Shown: one piece after another, positions 18,935 to 30,121 of the stretch
How positions within the stretch are numbered: the first letter of the stretch is position 1
How the letters are laid out: every line of letters starts with the position of its first letter
Source: an uncultured Gemmatimonadales bacterium
GTDB lineage: Bacteria; Gemmatimonadota; Gemmatimonadetes; Gemmatimonadales; Gemmatimonadaceae
NCBI GenBank assembly: GCA_963850905.1
Contig: CAWKMU010000003.1
Location: 1,280,001 to 1,344,000, forward strand
Length of the DNA stretch: 64,000 nt
Direction: 5' to 3'
The notes under the pieces: generated by a model
The model's input: only the letters and a program-made list of their open reading frames with translations
The model's database searches: none
What the model was told of the DNA's origin: nothing
Made by a program: the position numbers and the translations under genes

Positions 18935-20350
18935 TCAGATGTGCACCGCCCGTCCCAGCACCGCCAATGCGGCCTCCTTCGTCGCCTCGGACAGCGTGGG
19001 ATGCGCATGCACCGTCGGGCCGATGTCGTCCGCGCTCGCACGATACTCGAAGCCTAGCACGACCTCCGCGATCAACTCCGAGACGGTGGGGCCGACGAGG
19101 TGTGCGCCGAGCAGTTCATCGGTCTGGGCGTCCGCAATGAATTTCACGAAGCCCGCGACATCGCCCAGCGTGCGCGCTCGAGCGTTGGCCGAATACGGGA
19201 ACTTCCCGACTTTGTAGGGTCGTCCCGACCCCTTGACCTCGTGTTCGGCCAGGCCGACGACGGCGACCTCCGGCCACGTGTAGACAATCGAGGGGATCGA
19301 GTGGTAGTGCATGCGGCTGGGCTGACCCGCGATCACCTCCGCCGCGACCACACCCTCCTCTTCTGCTTTGTGCGCGAGCAGCTTCCCGCCGACGGCGTCG
19401 CCGATCGCGTACAGGTGCGGCAGGTTGGTCCGGAGCTGGTCGTCGACGAGAATCTCGCCGCGCGCTCCCAGCTCGAGGCCAAGCGCAGCCGCATCGATGC
19501 CGGTCAAACTGGGCCGCCGTCCGATTGACACGAGGACGTAGTCGCCCTCCACGCGATCGGTCGCTCCGCCGTCCTTTTGCATCTCGACGCTCACGCGAGC
19601 GCCACGGCGGCCGCCGCCGGTGACTCGCACGCCGGTTCGGAGATCGAACCCCTGCTGGCGAAACACCTTCTCCATCTCGCGCACGACATCCGCGTCGTAA
19701 CCGGGGAGGATCGTCGGTTCGAGCTCCAGCACCATCACGCGTGAGCCGAGTCGGCGCCAGACGGAACCGAGCTCGAGGCCGATCGCGCCGCCGCCAATCA
19801 CGATCAGCTGCTCCGGCACCTCGGGAATACGCAGCGCGCCGACGTTCGAGAGAATCCGCTCTTCGTCGAACCCCAAGAAGGGGAGCTCGATCGGCACCGA
19901 CCCCGTCGCGATGATGACGTCGCGCGCTTGATACCGCGTGACCGCGCCCGCGCTGTCAGTGACCTCGACCACGTTGTTCGCGCGGAGCACGCCGCGCCCC
20001 TTGGCCCAGGTGATCTTGTTCTTCCGGAACAGGAACTCGATTCCCCTGGTGTTCTGAGCGACGACGTCGTCCTTGCGCTTCATCATGCGCGGCAGGTCGA
20101 GCGTCACGACCGCGGCGTGAAATCCGTGCTCGGACGCGTGGAGCTTGGTGAACTCGAAGTGCTCAGAGCTCGTCAGCAGGGCTTTCGAGGGAATGCATCC
20201 CACGTTGACACACGTGCCGCCCAGGGTTTTGTCTTGCTCGACGCATACCGTCGTCAATCCGAGCTGCGCGGCGCGAAGGGCGGCAACATACCCGCCGGGG
20301 CCCCCGCCAATGACGACAACGTCGGTGGCCGTCGCAGACACCGTCGTCAC
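18935..20350 (-). CDS. lpdA: Dihydrolipoamide dehydrogenase (E3)
   Basis: [37 protein letters not shown]. Confidence 0.97.
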   Translation of the reverse strand: MTTVSATATDVVVIGGGPGGYVAALRAAQLGLTTVCVEQDKTLGGTCVNVGCIPSKALLTSSEHFEFTKLHASEHGFHAAVVTLDLPRMMKRKDDVVAQNTRGIEFLFRKNKITWAKGRGVLRANNVVEVTDSAGAVTRYQARDVIIATGSVPIELPFLGFDEERILSNVGALRIPEVPEQLIVIGGGAIGLELGSVWRRLGSRVMVLELEPTILPGYDADVVREMEKVFRQQGFDLRTGVRVTGGGRRGARVSVEMQKDGGATDRVEGDYVLVSIGRRPSLTGIDAAALGLELGARGEILVDDQLRTNLPHLYAIGDAVGGKLLAHKAEEEGVVAAEVIAGQPSRMHYHSIPSIVYTWPEVAVVGLAEHEVKGSGRPYKVGKFPYSANARARTLGDVAGFVKFIADAQTDELLGAHLVGPTVSELIAEVVLGFEYRASADDIGPTVHAHPTLSEATKEAALAVLGRAVHI

Positions 20351-21672
20351 GTCACCAGCATCGACGCCGGATCTTCCATCAGCTCCTTGATGCGGAGGAG
20401 GAACAACACGGCCTGCTGACCATCGACCAATCGATGATCGTAGGAGAGGGCCACGTACATCATCGGCCGGATCACGACCTGGCCACCGATCGCGACGGGT
20501 CGATCCTGAATCTTGTGTAGCCCGAGGATGCCGACCTGCGGATAGTTGAGGATCGGCGTCGAGACGAGCGACCCAAACACCCCGCCGTTCGTGATCGTGA
20601 AGGTCCCGCCCATGAGGTCATCGACTGCCAACTTGCCCGCGCGGGCCCGCGCGGCGAGCTCCGTGATCGCGCGCGCGATATCGAGCATCCCCTTGGCATC
20701 GGCATCCCGAATCACTGGAACGACCAGCCCCTGATCCGAGGCGACGGCGATACCCATGTTGACGTAGTGCTTGTAGACGATCGAGTCGTCCTCGATCTGC
20801 GCGTTGACCACGGGATACTGCTGGAGGGCCACACACGCGGCCTTCACGAAGAACGGCATGAAGCTCAGCTTCACGCCATGCTCGCGCTCCACGCGTTCGC
20901 GCAAACGCTCGCGGAGCGCGCTCACCGCCGACATGTCGATCTCGTTGAATGTCGTCAGGTGTGCCGTGGTGTGCTGTGCCTGCACGAGATTTTCCGCGAT
21001 CCGCTTGCGGCGGGTGGTCATCTTCTCGCGTGTCTCGCGCACACCGCCCGCGGCGGGCGGTGTGCGCACGCCATTCGGCGCCCCGGCGCGCGCGGGCAAC
21101 GCGGGCGGGGTGGGCGCGGCTGCGGGGACCGGTGCCGACGGCCCGGTGCGCGTGGCTGGCGGCTGCGGGCTCGCTGGAGCGCGACCGCCTTGTTCGAGCA
21201 CGTCAGCCTTGCTGACGACGCCGCCCCGCCCAGTGCCCGCGACGGTGGTGAGGTCGACCCCTTCGCGCGCGGCCACCCGCTGCGCTGCCGGAGAGGCCCG
21301 AACGGCGCCCTCCGCGGCCTTGCGCGGCGGGGCGGTCGCTTCGGCGCTCGCGCCCCCGATTCCGGTCGCGGCCGGCGCGGCGGCCCCTGACGCCGCGAGC
21401 GCTGCCTGCGCGGGCGCCGCGACGGTTGCAGGTACGGCCGTGTCGTCCACTTGGCCGAGCAGCTCGTCGACCTTCACGACGTCCCCGGCCTGCTTGGCTT
21501 GCGAGACGAGCACGCCGGGCTTCAAAGCCGGCACCTCGACCGTCACCTTGTCAGTTTCGAGCTCGACGATCGTTTCGCCAGCAGCGACGCCGTCACCGGG
21601 CTGCTTGGCCCAGCGGGAGACCGTGGCTTCGACAACAGACTCGCCGAGTGGTGGGACTTTGATGGCGATCAT
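20347..21672 (-). CDS. sucB: 2-oxoglutarate dehydrogenase E2 (dihydrolipoamide succinyltransferase)
   Basis: Lipoyl domain GESV…ETDKV, E3-binding [24 protein letters not shown]. Confidence 0.95.
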   Translation of the reverse strand: MIAIKVPPLGESVVEATVSRWAKQPGDGVAAGETIVELETDKVTVEVPALKPGVLVSQAKQAGDVVKVDELLGQVDDTAVPATVAAPAQAALAASGAAAPAATGIGGASAEATAPPRKAAEGAVRASPAAQRVAAREGVDLTTVAGTGRGGVVSKADVLEQGGRAPASPQPPATRTGPSAPVPAAAPTPPALPARAGAPNGVRTPPAAGGVRETREKMTTRRKRIAENLVQAQHTTAHLTTFNEIDMSAVSALRERLRERVEREHGVKLSFMPFFVKAACVALQQYPVVNAQIEDDSIVYKHYVNMGIAVASDQGLVVPVIRDADAKGMLDIARAITELAARARAGKLAVDDLMGGTFTITNGGVFGSLVSTPILNYPQVGILGLHKIQDRPVAIGGQVVIRPMMYVALSYDHRLVDGQQAVLFLLRIKELMEDPASMLVT

Positions 21673-21740
21673 GGTAGGCGCCGAAAGACGATTGGGAGCG
21701 AGCGGCGGGAACGCAATATAACTTCCCAGAACGACAACAA

Positions 21741-21766
21741 CGGGCGGGCTGAAGCCCGCCCCTACA
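21741..21766. repeat. Single GTAG-type REP hairpin
   Basis: cgggcgggctgaagcccgcccctaca, identical to 6533-6558. Confidence 0.85.
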
Positions 21767-21776
21767 CGTTAAAGCG

Positions 21777-22844
21777 GTGCGAGCACTGACCATCAGCGCG
21801 CACGGCGGACTGGAGCGGCTGACGTGCCGTGACGATCTGCCGGACCCTGTCCTCGCGAATCCGATGGACGTACGCGTGCGCGTGCACGCGGCCGCGCTCA
21901 ACCACCTGGATCTGTTCGTCCTCGGTGGGCTGCCGGGTGTCACGATCGTGCCGCCGTGGGTGCTCGGGGCGGATGCCGCCGGTGTCGTCGACCAGGTCGG
22001 GGAGGACGTGCGAGGCGTCACGGTCGGCGACTTCGTGATCCTCAATCCCGGGGTAAGCGACGGGACCTGTGCGTACTGTCGTGCAGGAGAGCAATCGCTC
22101 TGTCTTCGATTCCAGATCCTGGGCGAGCATCGGCCGGGTACGTTTGCCGAATACGTAGTGGTGCCGGCTGTCAACGTCCGCGCCGTGCCAGCGCCGCGCG
22201 CCGACGAGGCAGGTCACCGCGCGGATGCGGCGGCCGCCGCAGCGTTCACGTTGGCGACGCTCACCGCCTGGCGCATGCTCGTCACGCGAGCGCGGGTCGC
22301 TGCCGGCGAATCCGTCCTGATCTGGGGCATCGGGGGCGGTGTCGCGCAGGCGGCACTGCAAATCGCGAAGGGACGGGGTGCGCGAGTGTGGGTGACGTCG
22401 GCGCACGACGCCAAGTTGCGGCGGGCGGCCGAACTGGGTGCGGACGAGACAATCAACCACCGCACCACCGACGTCGGCCGGGCGATTCGTGATCGCACCG
22501 GCAAACGGGGGGTGGACGTCGTGATCGATTCGGTGGGACACGCGTCGTGGTCCCAATCGCTGACCGCCCTTGGCCGCGCGGGACGGCTGGTGACCTGTGG
22601 AGCGACATCCGGCCCGATGGTGGAGACGGATATCCGGCGGATGTTCTGGAACCAATGGACACTCATGGGATCGACTATGGGCAACGAGTCGGAGTTCGAT
22701 GCCATAGCGGCCGAGTTTCGCGCGGGACGTCTGCGGCCAGTCATCGACCGCGTGTTTCCGTTGGACGAGGGGCTCGCGGCGTTCCAGCGATTGCAGTCCG
22801 AGGAGCAGTTCGGGAAGATCGTGCTGGATTGCGGCGGCGGATGA
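21777..22844 (+). CDS. Zinc-binding MDR dehydrogenase / quinone oxidoreductase
   Basis: ALNHLD, GADAAG, DGTCAYC…C, GIGGGV, CGATSG, FGKIVL. Confidence 0.9.
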   Translation: MRALTISAHGGLERLTCRDDLPDPVLANPMDVRVRVHAAALNHLDLFVLGGLPGVTIVPPWVLGADAAGVVDQVGEDVRGVTVGDFVILNPGVSDGTCAYCRAGEQSLCLRFQILGEHRPGTFAEYVVVPAVNVRAVPAPRADEAGHRADAAAAAAFTLATLTAWRMLVTRARVAAGESVLIWGIGGGVAQAALQIAKGRGARVWVTSAHDAKLRRAAELGADETINHRTTDVGRAIRDRTGKRGVDVVIDSVGHASWSQSLTALGRAGRLVTCGATSGPMVETDIRRMFWNQWTLMGSTMGNESEFDAIAAEFRAGRLRPVIDRVFPLDEGLAAFQRLQSEEQFGKIVLDCGGG

Positions 22845-23122
22845 GCGACGTGCCCGGCACCCCGAGCCCGCCGGGTGATGGCGACGGGGGCGAGGCGGGA
22901 GACGCTCGTGCGCAGTACGCCCGAGAGGAACAGGAGCGGATCCAGGCGGAGTGGGTTGCGCTCGGGGCGGCGAGCTGCCCGCGGTGTGGCGTCTCGATGA
23001 ACCACCGCGCAATCGGCGGCGGCTCGTTCGGCTTGGGCTACGCCCGACGCCGCGTATGGCTCCTCTGTCCACGGTGCCGCCGCAGTGCGATGTTTGATGT
23101 CGCGAGAGGAACGCGGAACTAG
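22841..23122 (+). CDS. Small zinc-finger hypothetical protein
   Basis: Two CPRC motifs; ATGA overlap with the upstream stop. Confidence 0.7.
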   Translation: MSDVPGTPSPPGDGDGGEAGDARAQYAREEQERIQAEWVALGAASCPRCGVSMNHRAIGGGSFGLGYARRRVWLLCPRCRRSAMFDVARGTRN

Positions 23123-23147
23123 AACGGCCGACCTCCCCCTTGGGCCC

Positions 23148-23912
23148 ATGCAAACCGATACGCTCAGCTTCGCCAACCGCCTGCAGGTCAGCTTCTCACA
23201 GATCATCGAGTACGTGCCGCGATTCGTCGTCGCGTTGCTGCTCGTGTTCGTGGGCTATTTGATCGCCCGACTGCTCGGCCGATTCACGGAGCGGTTGTTG
23301 CGGCGCATCCGGTTCAATCGCATCCTCGAGGCGGGCGGGGTCATGGACGCGGTCGAACGCTCCGGCTCGCACCTGAACCCCACGCGCGTCGCGGCGGATC
23401 TCGTGTTCTGGAGCGTCATGTTCGCGGTGCTCGTGATCACGGCGAACGCCGCCGGTTTCGCGTCGCTGGCGAACGTGTTCTCCGAGCTCGTTGGGTACGT
23501 GCCGAGCGTCGTGGCAGCGATTGCGATCATCATCGTGGGCATACTCCTCGGCGCGCTGGTCGGCGGCTTGATCATGGTGTCGGCGGGTTCGCTGCGCGGC
23601 GGGCCGACGCTGGCTCGGGTCGGGCGCGGTGGCGTCATTCTGCTCGCGGTGTTCATGGCGCTGCAGCAACTGGGTGTCGCCACAGGAATCGTCACGACGG
23701 CGTTCGCGATTCTCTTCGGTGCGGTGGCGCTCGCGCTGGCGCTGGCCTTCGGCCTGGGAAGCCGTGACCTTGCTGGCGAGATCACGCGGCAATGGTACGA
23801 CCAATACCGCGCCGAGCGCGACGCGATCGCGCGCGAGAGCGCCGCGCATGAGCGCGCCGAAGCGGCCGCCGAAGAGCTGATTGGGGCGGGGTCGGACCGG
23901 ATCGACCACTGA
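23148..23912 (+). CDS. Small-conductance mechanosensitive channel-like TM-helix protein (CmpX-like)
   Basis: Repeated YVPxxxxA TM motifs, ALQQLGVA, ALAFGLG. Confidence 0.8.
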   Translation: MQTDTLSFANRLQVSFSQIIEYVPRFVVALLLVFVGYLIARLLGRFTERLLRRIRFNRILEAGGVMDAVERSGSHLNPTRVAADLVFWSVMFAVLVITANAAGFASLANVFSELVGYVPSVVAAIAIIIVGILLGALVGGLIMVSAGSLRGGPTLARVGRGGVILLAVFMALQQLGVATGIVTTAFAILFGAVALALALAFGLGSRDLAGEITRQWYDQYRAERDAIARESAAHERAEAAAEELIGAGSDRIDH

Positions 23913-24131
23913 GGCGTCCGGGTCCTGACCTGGCGACCTCATCTGCAGCTGCAAGTGGCGACATTACAATAAGTTAGGGCTCACTACGCCGGTTGCGTCG
24001 CCGGTCGATATCGGGTACTTTTCGGGGTTCCTGCGCGGGGGTCGGTGGTGGCTGATTGGGTCGCTACCGCCTGACGCCCGTGAGTGCCGCAGGCGAGCGC
24101 TGCGGCCGCGTTGTTCCCTCGAGACAGAGTC

Positions 24132-27100
24132 ATGACCGCACCAAACAACAGAGAGCGGATCCTCCCTCGGCTCATCGACGACGAGATCAAAGAATCGTTC
24201 ATCAACTACTCGATGAGCGTCATTGTCTCGCGTGCGCTGCCCGACGTGCGCGATGGATTGAAGCCCGTGCATCGGCGCGTGCTGTACGCGATGAACGAGC
24301 TGGGATTGGTGCCGGGTCGCCCCTATAAGAAGTCCGCCACGGTCGTCGGCGACGTGCTCGGCAAGTATCACCCGCATGGCGACATGTCGGTCTACGACGC
24401 GATCGTACGCATGGTGCAGGATTTCTCGCTGCGCTATCCGCTTGTCGACGGGCAAGGTAACTGGGGTTGCTTCACTGGCGACACGAAGGTCAAGCTGCTC
24501 GACGGCACCGAGCGCTCCTTCGCCGAGCTCGCCGAGCTTCCGGGCGACCAGATCTTTCACGTGTACTCGGTCGACGCGACCGGGAGCATTGAAGTCGGCG
24601 AGGGGCATTCGTCGCGGATCACACGCCGCAAGGCGCCGCTCGTCGAGCTGACGTTCGATGACGGGTCCACGGCGCGGTGCACGCCCGATCACCGATTCAT
24701 GCTCCGAGACGGCAGCTGGAAGGAAGCCGCCCGGCTTACGATTGACGACAGCCTCTTGGCGGGCCATTTCGATACGGCGCCGGTCAATGCACGGACGCGT
24801 GACTACCTGCGAGTTCGGCAGCCCGTGACAGGCGAATGGGAGTTCGTCCATCACGTCGCCGATCGCTTCAATGCCGACCGAGGCTTTGGGACCGCTGTCA
24901 AAGGCCCATTCGTCCGACATCACCGTAACTTCGACCGCTTCGACAACAGGCCGAACAACATCGTGCGCATGGAGTGGCTCGAGCATCTCCATCTTCATGC
25001 CGAACATCTTCGCGATTTGTGGCAACGCAAAGACTTTCGCGCTGCGCAGCGACGGGGGGTGCAGACGTATCACGCTGCCCACCCTGAGGCGGCCGAAGCG
25101 AACCGCCAGCGGCTCCGCGCTCGCAACGCCTCTGCCGATTTCAGGGCCGCGAACGGGCCGCGTGTTTCGAATGGTCTCAAGGAGCGGTTTGCGCGACAAC
25201 CGGAGCTGGCGTCGGAGCTCGCAGCGCGTATGCGCACGCTGTGGCAAGATCCCGACTATCGGCTGCGCATGTGCCGAGCGTTGAGAGGCATTGAGAAGCG
25301 GCCACTGTCGGACGAGCAGCGTCGGCGAGTCTCGCGTCTCATCGCCGAAAAGAATAAGGCCATGTGGAACGACCCGGAGAAGCGAGCCGAACTCATCGAA
25401 GCGATTGTCGGCGCTTTGCGCGATCCTGCCCGACGCCAGGTTCTGAGTGAGCGCTCACGACGCCTTTGGCTGGATCCCGCGTACAGAGCCAAGTACCCTG
25501 CAGGGCATCATGCGCGCATGGCCGCGGTGTTGTGGTCAGATCCGCAGACGACTGAGCTGCACCGCGCCAAAATAGCGCGTCAATGGTCCGACCCTGCCTT
25601 TCGCGCTCGGCACTTGGCCGGGCGCCAGACTGACTGGGCCGCCCGCCGTGCTCGAAATCCGAACACAATGAAAGATCTGGCGGATCGTGCTGCGGCTGTC
25701 CTGGCTGAGCGGTGGGCGGATAACGAGTATCGCACCAGAGTCATGCGCGCGAAGATCGCGGGTTACGCGTCGCGACTCATCGCCGAGGCCGGTCGTGACG
25801 GCGTGTCGCCCACCGTTTTCGATGCGCGCCGAACTGGTAACTGGGTCCCGAAGAGCGAGAAGGCGTCAACCTATTTCGGCGGGTTTCCAGAACTGCTCGA
25901 AGCAGCCGCGACGCACAACCATCGGGTTGTGCGTGTTCGCCATCTGGATCAGCTCTCCGATGTCTATGACATTACGGTCGACGAGCATCACAATTTCATG
26001 CTTGCGAACGGTTGCGTCGTGTCAAACAGCGCTGATGGCGATAACGCGGCGGCCTATCGCTACACCGAGGCGCGGCTCACGCGGGTCGCGATGGAGCTGC
26101 TCTCGGACATCGACAAGAACACCGTCGATTTCGCACCGAATTTCGACGACCGCCTGCAGGAGCCCAAAGTCCTGCCGTCGGGGTTCCCGAATCTCATCAT
26201 CAATGGATCGTCAGGCATCGCGGTCGGCATGGCGACCAACATTCCGCCACACAACCTCCGCGAGGTCATCAGTGCGGTCATCGCCCTGATCGATGATCCC
26301 GAGCTGACGATTGGCGACCTACGGAAGCTCGTCAAGGGGCCCGACTTCCCGACCGGCGGCTACATCTACGGCCGGCAAGGCATCAAGGACTACCAGGAGA
26401 CGGGACGCGGCAAGATCGTGATGCGTGCGCGCGCCGTGATCGAGGAGCGCGAGTCGGGACGGTCGCAGATCGTCGTGACCGAGCTGCCCTATCAAGTCAG
26501 TGGTGGAAAGCTCGAGGAAGTGATCCGCGATCTCGTCGCCGACAAAAAGCTCGAGGGCATCACGGCGATGCGGAACGAGACCAGCCGCGAGGGCCGCCGC
26601 ATCGTGCTCGAGCTCCGTCGCGATGCGATTCCACGGGTGGTCCTCAATCAGCTGTACAAGCACACGCCGATGCAAACGACCTTCGGCGTGATCATGCTGG
26701 CGCTCGTCCCAGATCCGCAGACCCGGCAGCTCGTGCCGAAGGTCCTCGGCCTCAAGGAATTGCTCGGACACTACATCACGCACCGGCACGACGTCGTCGT
26801 GCGCCGCTCGCAGTTCGAGCTCGACAAGGCACTCGAGCGCGAGCACATCCTGGAAGGGCTCAAGATCGCCGTCGATAACATCGACGAGGTCGTGAAGCTG
26901 ATCCGGAAGGCGGAGGACACGCCGCAGGCGAGCACACGCCTGCAGTCGCGGTTCAAGCTCAGTGAGAAGCAGGCCGAAGCCATTCTCAACATGCGGCTCG
27001 CCAAGCTCACCGGTCTCGAGATCGAGAAGCTGGAGGCCGAGCTCAAGGACGTCCGCGCGACCATTCGCGACCTGCGCGCACTGCTGGAGTCGCGGCCGCG

Positions 27101-28214
27101 TCGTATGAAGCTGATCAAGGAGGAGCTGACGCACGTCACCGAGGAGTACGGTGACGATCGGCGGTCGGAGATCACGAGCGACGAGGGGGAGTTCACGATC
27201 GAAGACCTGATCGCCGAGGAAGACATGGTGATCACGGTCTCGCATTCTGGCTACATCAAGCGCACGGCGGTCTCCACCTATCGACGCCAGCGACGTGGGG
27301 GGCGTGGTCTCTCGGGACAGGATCTCAAGGACCACGACTTCATCGAGCACCTGTTCATCGGCTCGACGCACGACCACATCATGTTCTTCACCGACGATGG
27401 TCGATGCTTCAAGATCAAGGTCCACGAGATTCCGCAGGCGGGCCGCGCGACGAAGGGCCGGCCGATCGTGAACCTGATCAACGTGTCGCCCGATACGTCG
27501 GTCAAGGCCATGCTGCCCGTGACGGACTTCTCCGCGAATCAGAATCTGCTCTTTTGCACGCGGAAGGGCACCGTCAAGAAGACTGCGCTCTCGGAATACG
27601 CCAATCCCCGCACCAATGGCATCAAGGCGATCAAGGTCGAGGCCGGCGATGAGCTGATCGATGTGCAGGTGACGAGCGGGACCAACGATGTCATCCTCGC
27701 CACGCGTCACGGCCTGTCGGTGCGGTTCCACGAGTCCGACGTGCGGGAAATGGGGCGTGACACGACCGGCGTGAAGGGGATCGAGCTGCGCGCAGACGAT
27801 GCGGTGGTCGGAATGGTCATCATCCGCCGCGAAGCGACGATTCTGGTAGTCACCGAGAACGGGATGGGGAAGTGCTCCCACATCGAGGAGTACCGCGTAC
27901 AGCGCCGTGGCGGCAAGGGCATCATCACGGTGAACCGCACGGAGAAGACCGGTGACGTCGTTGGGGTGATGGAGGTGCTCCCGGCAGACGAGATCATGCT
28001 GATCACCATGCAGGGGTTGATCATCCGGTCCTCGGTCGCACAGGTGCGGGTCACCGGCCGGATTGCCCAAGGGGTCAAGCTGGTGCAACTGGATGCCGGC
28101 GACCGGGTCACGGCCGTGGCGCGCGTGGTCCCCGAAGAGGCCGTCGGGCCGGACGGCGAGCCGGCCAGTGCGACTCCGGGCGGGCCGGACGAGGTCCTGG
28201 AGACCGAGGATTAG
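24132..28214 (+). CDS. gyrA: DNA gyrase subunit A precursor containing an intein (1360 aa; about 840 aa spliced)
   Basis: [41 protein letters not shown], GyrA-box QRRGGRG, C-terminal pinwheel repeats. Confidence 0.97.
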   Translation: MTAPNNRERILPRLIDDEIKESFINYSMSVIVSRALPDVRDGLKPVHRRVLYAMNELGLVPGRPYKKSATVVGDVLGKYHPHGDMSVYDAIVRMVQDFSLRYPLVDGQGNWGCFTGDTKVKLLDGTERSFAELAELPGDQIFHVYSVDATGSIEVGEGHSSRITRRKAPLVELTFDDGSTARCTPDHRFMLRDGSWKEAARLTIDDSLLAGHFDTAPVNARTRDYLRVRQPVTGEWEFVHHVADRFNADRGFGTAVKGPFVRHHRNFDRFDNRPNNIVRMEWLEHLHLHAEHLRDLWQRKDFRAAQRRGVQTYHAAHPEAAEANRQRLRARNASADFRAANGPRVSNGLKERFARQPELASELAARMRTLWQDPDYRLRMCRALRGIEKRPLSDEQRRRVSRLIAEKNKAMWNDPEKRAELIEAIVGALRDPARRQVLSERSRRLWLDPAYRAKYPAGHHARMAAVLWSDPQTTELHRAKIARQWSDPAFRARHLAGRQTDWAARRARNPNTMKDLADRAAAVLAERWADNEYRTRVMRAKIAGYASRLIAEAGRDGVSPTVFDARRTGNWVPKSEKASTYFGGFPELLEAAATHNHRVVRVRHLDQLSDVYDITVDEHHNFMLANGCVVSNSADGDNAAAYRYTEARLTRVAMELLSDIDKNTVDFAPNFDDRLQEPKVLPSGFPNLIINGSSGIAVGMATNIPPHNLREVISAVIALIDDPELTIGDLRKLVKGPDFPTGGYIYGRQGIKDYQETGRGKIVMRARAVIEERESGRSQIVVTELPYQVSGGKLEEVIRDLVADKKLEGITAMRNETSREGRRIVLELRRDAIPRVVLNQLYKHTPMQTTFGVIMLALVPDPQTRQLVPKVLGLKELLGHYITHRHDVVVRRSQFELDKALEREHILEGLKIAVDNIDEVVKLIRKAEDTPQASTRLQSRFKLSEKQAEAILNMRLAKLTGLEIEKLEAELKDVRATIRDLRALLESRPRRMKLIKEELTHVTEEYGDDRRSEITSDEGEFTIEDLIAEEDMVITVSHSGYIKRTAVSTYRRQRRGGRGLSGQDLKDHDFIEHLFIGSTHDHIMFFTDDGRCFKIKVHEIPQAGRATKGRPIVNLINVSPDTSVKAMLPVTDFSANQNLLFCTRKGTVKKTALSEYANPRTNGIKAIKVEAGDELIDVQVTSGTNDVILATRHGLSVRFHESDVREMGRDTTGVKGIELRADDAVVGMVIIRREATILVVTENGMGKCSHIEEYRVQRRGGKGIITVNRTEKTGDVVGVMEVLPADEIMLITMQGLIIRSSVAQVRVTGRIAQGVKLVQLDAGDRVTAVARVVPEEAVGPDGEPASATPGGPDEVLETED
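24468..26027 (+). mobile_element. Intein (520 aa) with HNH homing endonuclease
   Basis: Block A CFTGDTKV, block [24 protein letters not shown], block [13 protein letters not shown], block G VVSN|S; removal restores GQGNWG-SADGD…RY. Confidence 0.95.
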
Positions 28215-28284
28215 ACGGTCGGGGCAAAACGCCTCAGTTCAGTACGTCAAACGTTTTCGGGAGCCCCAACCGAGCTCATACATA

Positions 28285-28316
28285 CAAGGGCGGTCGCCGT
28301 AAAGGCCGCCCTTGTT
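28285..28316 (+). terminator. Probable terminator hairpin after gyrA
   Basis: acaagggcggtc…ggccgcccttgt stem; weak U tail. Confidence 0.5.
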
Positions 28317-28731
28317 GCGTGTTGCACGCAGTGCTCGTCAAAGGGCGTCAAATCGTGTTTGCGAGCAATGTTTGCAACGTTGAAATCGCTTGTTTAGCGG
28401 AATGCATACTGTCGAGCCCGTCAATATCTTTACGGTGTTGGGACGCCTACCTAGCTTAGAGCGCCTTAACGCGATGCCCCTTTCTACCGCCTCACCGGCC
28501 GGGGGCACATGCGGTCGCCCTGGCGCCCGATTCCTTCGCCTACGCTGACATAACCGCTTGTATCGCATGGAATTACCAGGCATGAGCCCGGTTCCGGAGG
28601 CTCGCCACTCGCCGACGCCGCTAGCTGGGGGTGTCGGCGCCGAACGGGCGCATAAGCGACCGCTGGAGGACCGCGGGCGACCTGCGGCCATGCTCGGCTT
28701 GTCGACGCTGACAGGCCCGGCGGACATCGGT

Positions 28732-30114
28732 ATGACGGACCCCCTCGACCAGGAGTGGCCGGCGGGCGATTGGGCGCCCAACCGCCCGGAGGTTCAATTG
28801 CGCGCGATCGCCGGGGGCATTCCAACCGCTCGAGCGGGCGCTGCCGAGCAACCTGCTCCGGACGCGCACGAGGTCGAGCCGGACGAGGGGGCACCGGGCA
28901 CGAGCGAGTGGCCGGTCAGCGACCCACCGCGTCGCTCCGACGACCGCGATCCAGTTGGGGCCGAGCGCGATGTGCTCTTGTGGCAGCGGTGGGCGCGCTT
29001 TCTAGGTGCTGCGTTGATGGTGGCCGCGGCAATCGCCCAGCACGGTCGGCCAGCGAGCGCGGCCACATGGGCGCCGTTGCTGGAGCTCGCCCTGGCCTAT
29101 GGCGCCGTCACGGCGATGGTGGCGTGGTTCCTCCGATATGCTTCTGCGGAGACAGTCCCGCCACGCTTGCCAGCGCTCATCATGACCTTCGACCTCGTCG
29201 CTGCTGCCGGAACGGTGTACCTCACGGCACCGGCGCGCGATTACGATCGGATCCTGGTGCTGGGGCTCGTCATCACGCAGGTCGCAGTGGTCTACTACGG
29301 ACTCTCTTGCGCGCTCTGGGGGGTCGCCGGGACGATCGCGGCGTACCTCGTGGGGTCCTTGCTGCTGCCACCGGCGGTGGCAGGCTTGCCGGAGTCGCGA
29401 ATCACGGTCGCTGCCGATACCGCCACGTTCGCGTTCGCCGGCCTCGTACTGCTGTACACGTTCGGCACGTTCCGAGCGCGCATGAACGCACTGCGGCGTT
29501 TCTGCCGGGACGTCGAGATCGGGGACCTCGGCGGCACATATGACGTCAACGCGGAGCGGCGCCCAGACGACCTGACCCTGCTGGCGCGCAGCGTCGACGA
29601 GATGCGGCAGCGACTCATCGAATTGATCGGCACGGATCCGCTGACCGGATGTCTCAATCGGCGCGCGCTCGAGACGCGGCTCGCCCGCGACTGCCGCCAC
29701 GCAAAACGCCGTGGCACGCCGCTGGCTATTCTCGCCGTCGACGTGGACCACTTCAAATCGATCAACGACAGCTTCGGCCACCCCTTCGGTGACTTCGTCT
29801 TGCAGGCGGTGGCGGAGATCATGAAGGAGACGGCCCGTGACACGGACGCGGTCGCCAGACTTGGTGGCGACGAATTCATCCTCGTTCTGCCCGATACCGG
29901 GTGGCAAGGCGCGACGACCTTTGCCGAGCGTCTGCGTCGCAACGTCGACGACCACATCTTCGGCGACGACGTAACGTCGCTGCAGGTGACGATCTCGGTC
30001 GGCGTCGCGGTCGCGCGCGCCGTCGATGACCAACCGCCATCGGCGCTCCTGGCCGATGTAGACCGCAGCCTCTATCGTGCCAAGTCCGCTGGTCGAAACC
30101 GCATTAGCGCGTGA
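28732..30114 (+). CDS. Membrane HAMP-GGDEF diguanylate cyclase
   Basis: About 6 TM, HAMP-like DDLTLLARSVDEM, DPLTG, RDTD I-site, GGDEF; start uncertain (28558 onward). Confidence 0.9.
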   Translation: MTDPLDQEWPAGDWAPNRPEVQLRAIAGGIPTARAGAAEQPAPDAHEVEPDEGAPGTSEWPVSDPPRRSDDRDPVGAERDVLLWQRWARFLGAALMVAAAIAQHGRPASAATWAPLLELALAYGAVTAMVAWFLRYASAETVPPRLPALIMTFDLVAAAGTVYLTAPARDYDRILVLGLVITQVAVVYYGLSCALWGVAGTIAAYLVGSLLLPPAVAGLPESRITVAADTATFAFAGLVLLYTFGTFRARMNALRRFCRDVEIGDLGGTYDVNAERRPDDLTLLARSVDEMRQRLIELIGTDPLTGCLNRRALETRLARDCRHAKRRGTPLAILAVDVDHFKSINDSFGHPFGDFVLQAVAEIMKETARDTDAVARLGGDEFILVLPDTGWQGATTFAERLRRNVDDHIFGDDVTSLQVTISVGVAVARAVDDQPPSALLADVDRSLYRAKSAGRNRISA

Positions 30115-30121
30115 ACGCAGC

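Noticed and set aside
23955..23985. dif-like site upstream of gyrA (…ATAAGTTA…)
   Set aside because: Only a weak match to one arm; more likely promoter sequence
26319..28088. 589-aa antisense ORF, and similar ones at 30104-32314, 21762-23153 and 38633-39934
   Set aside because: Shadow frames of well-supported genes in GC-rich DNA with no family motifs
18935..28214. sucB-lpdA without sucA, and gyrA without gyrB
   Set aside because: Split arrangements are common; partners are probably elsewhere in the genome
28215..28560. c-di-GMP riboswitch upstream of the diguanylate cyclases
   Set aside because: Class I consensus (GGCAAAC…GAAA…GGACGCAAA) not found; an Rfam scan would settle it
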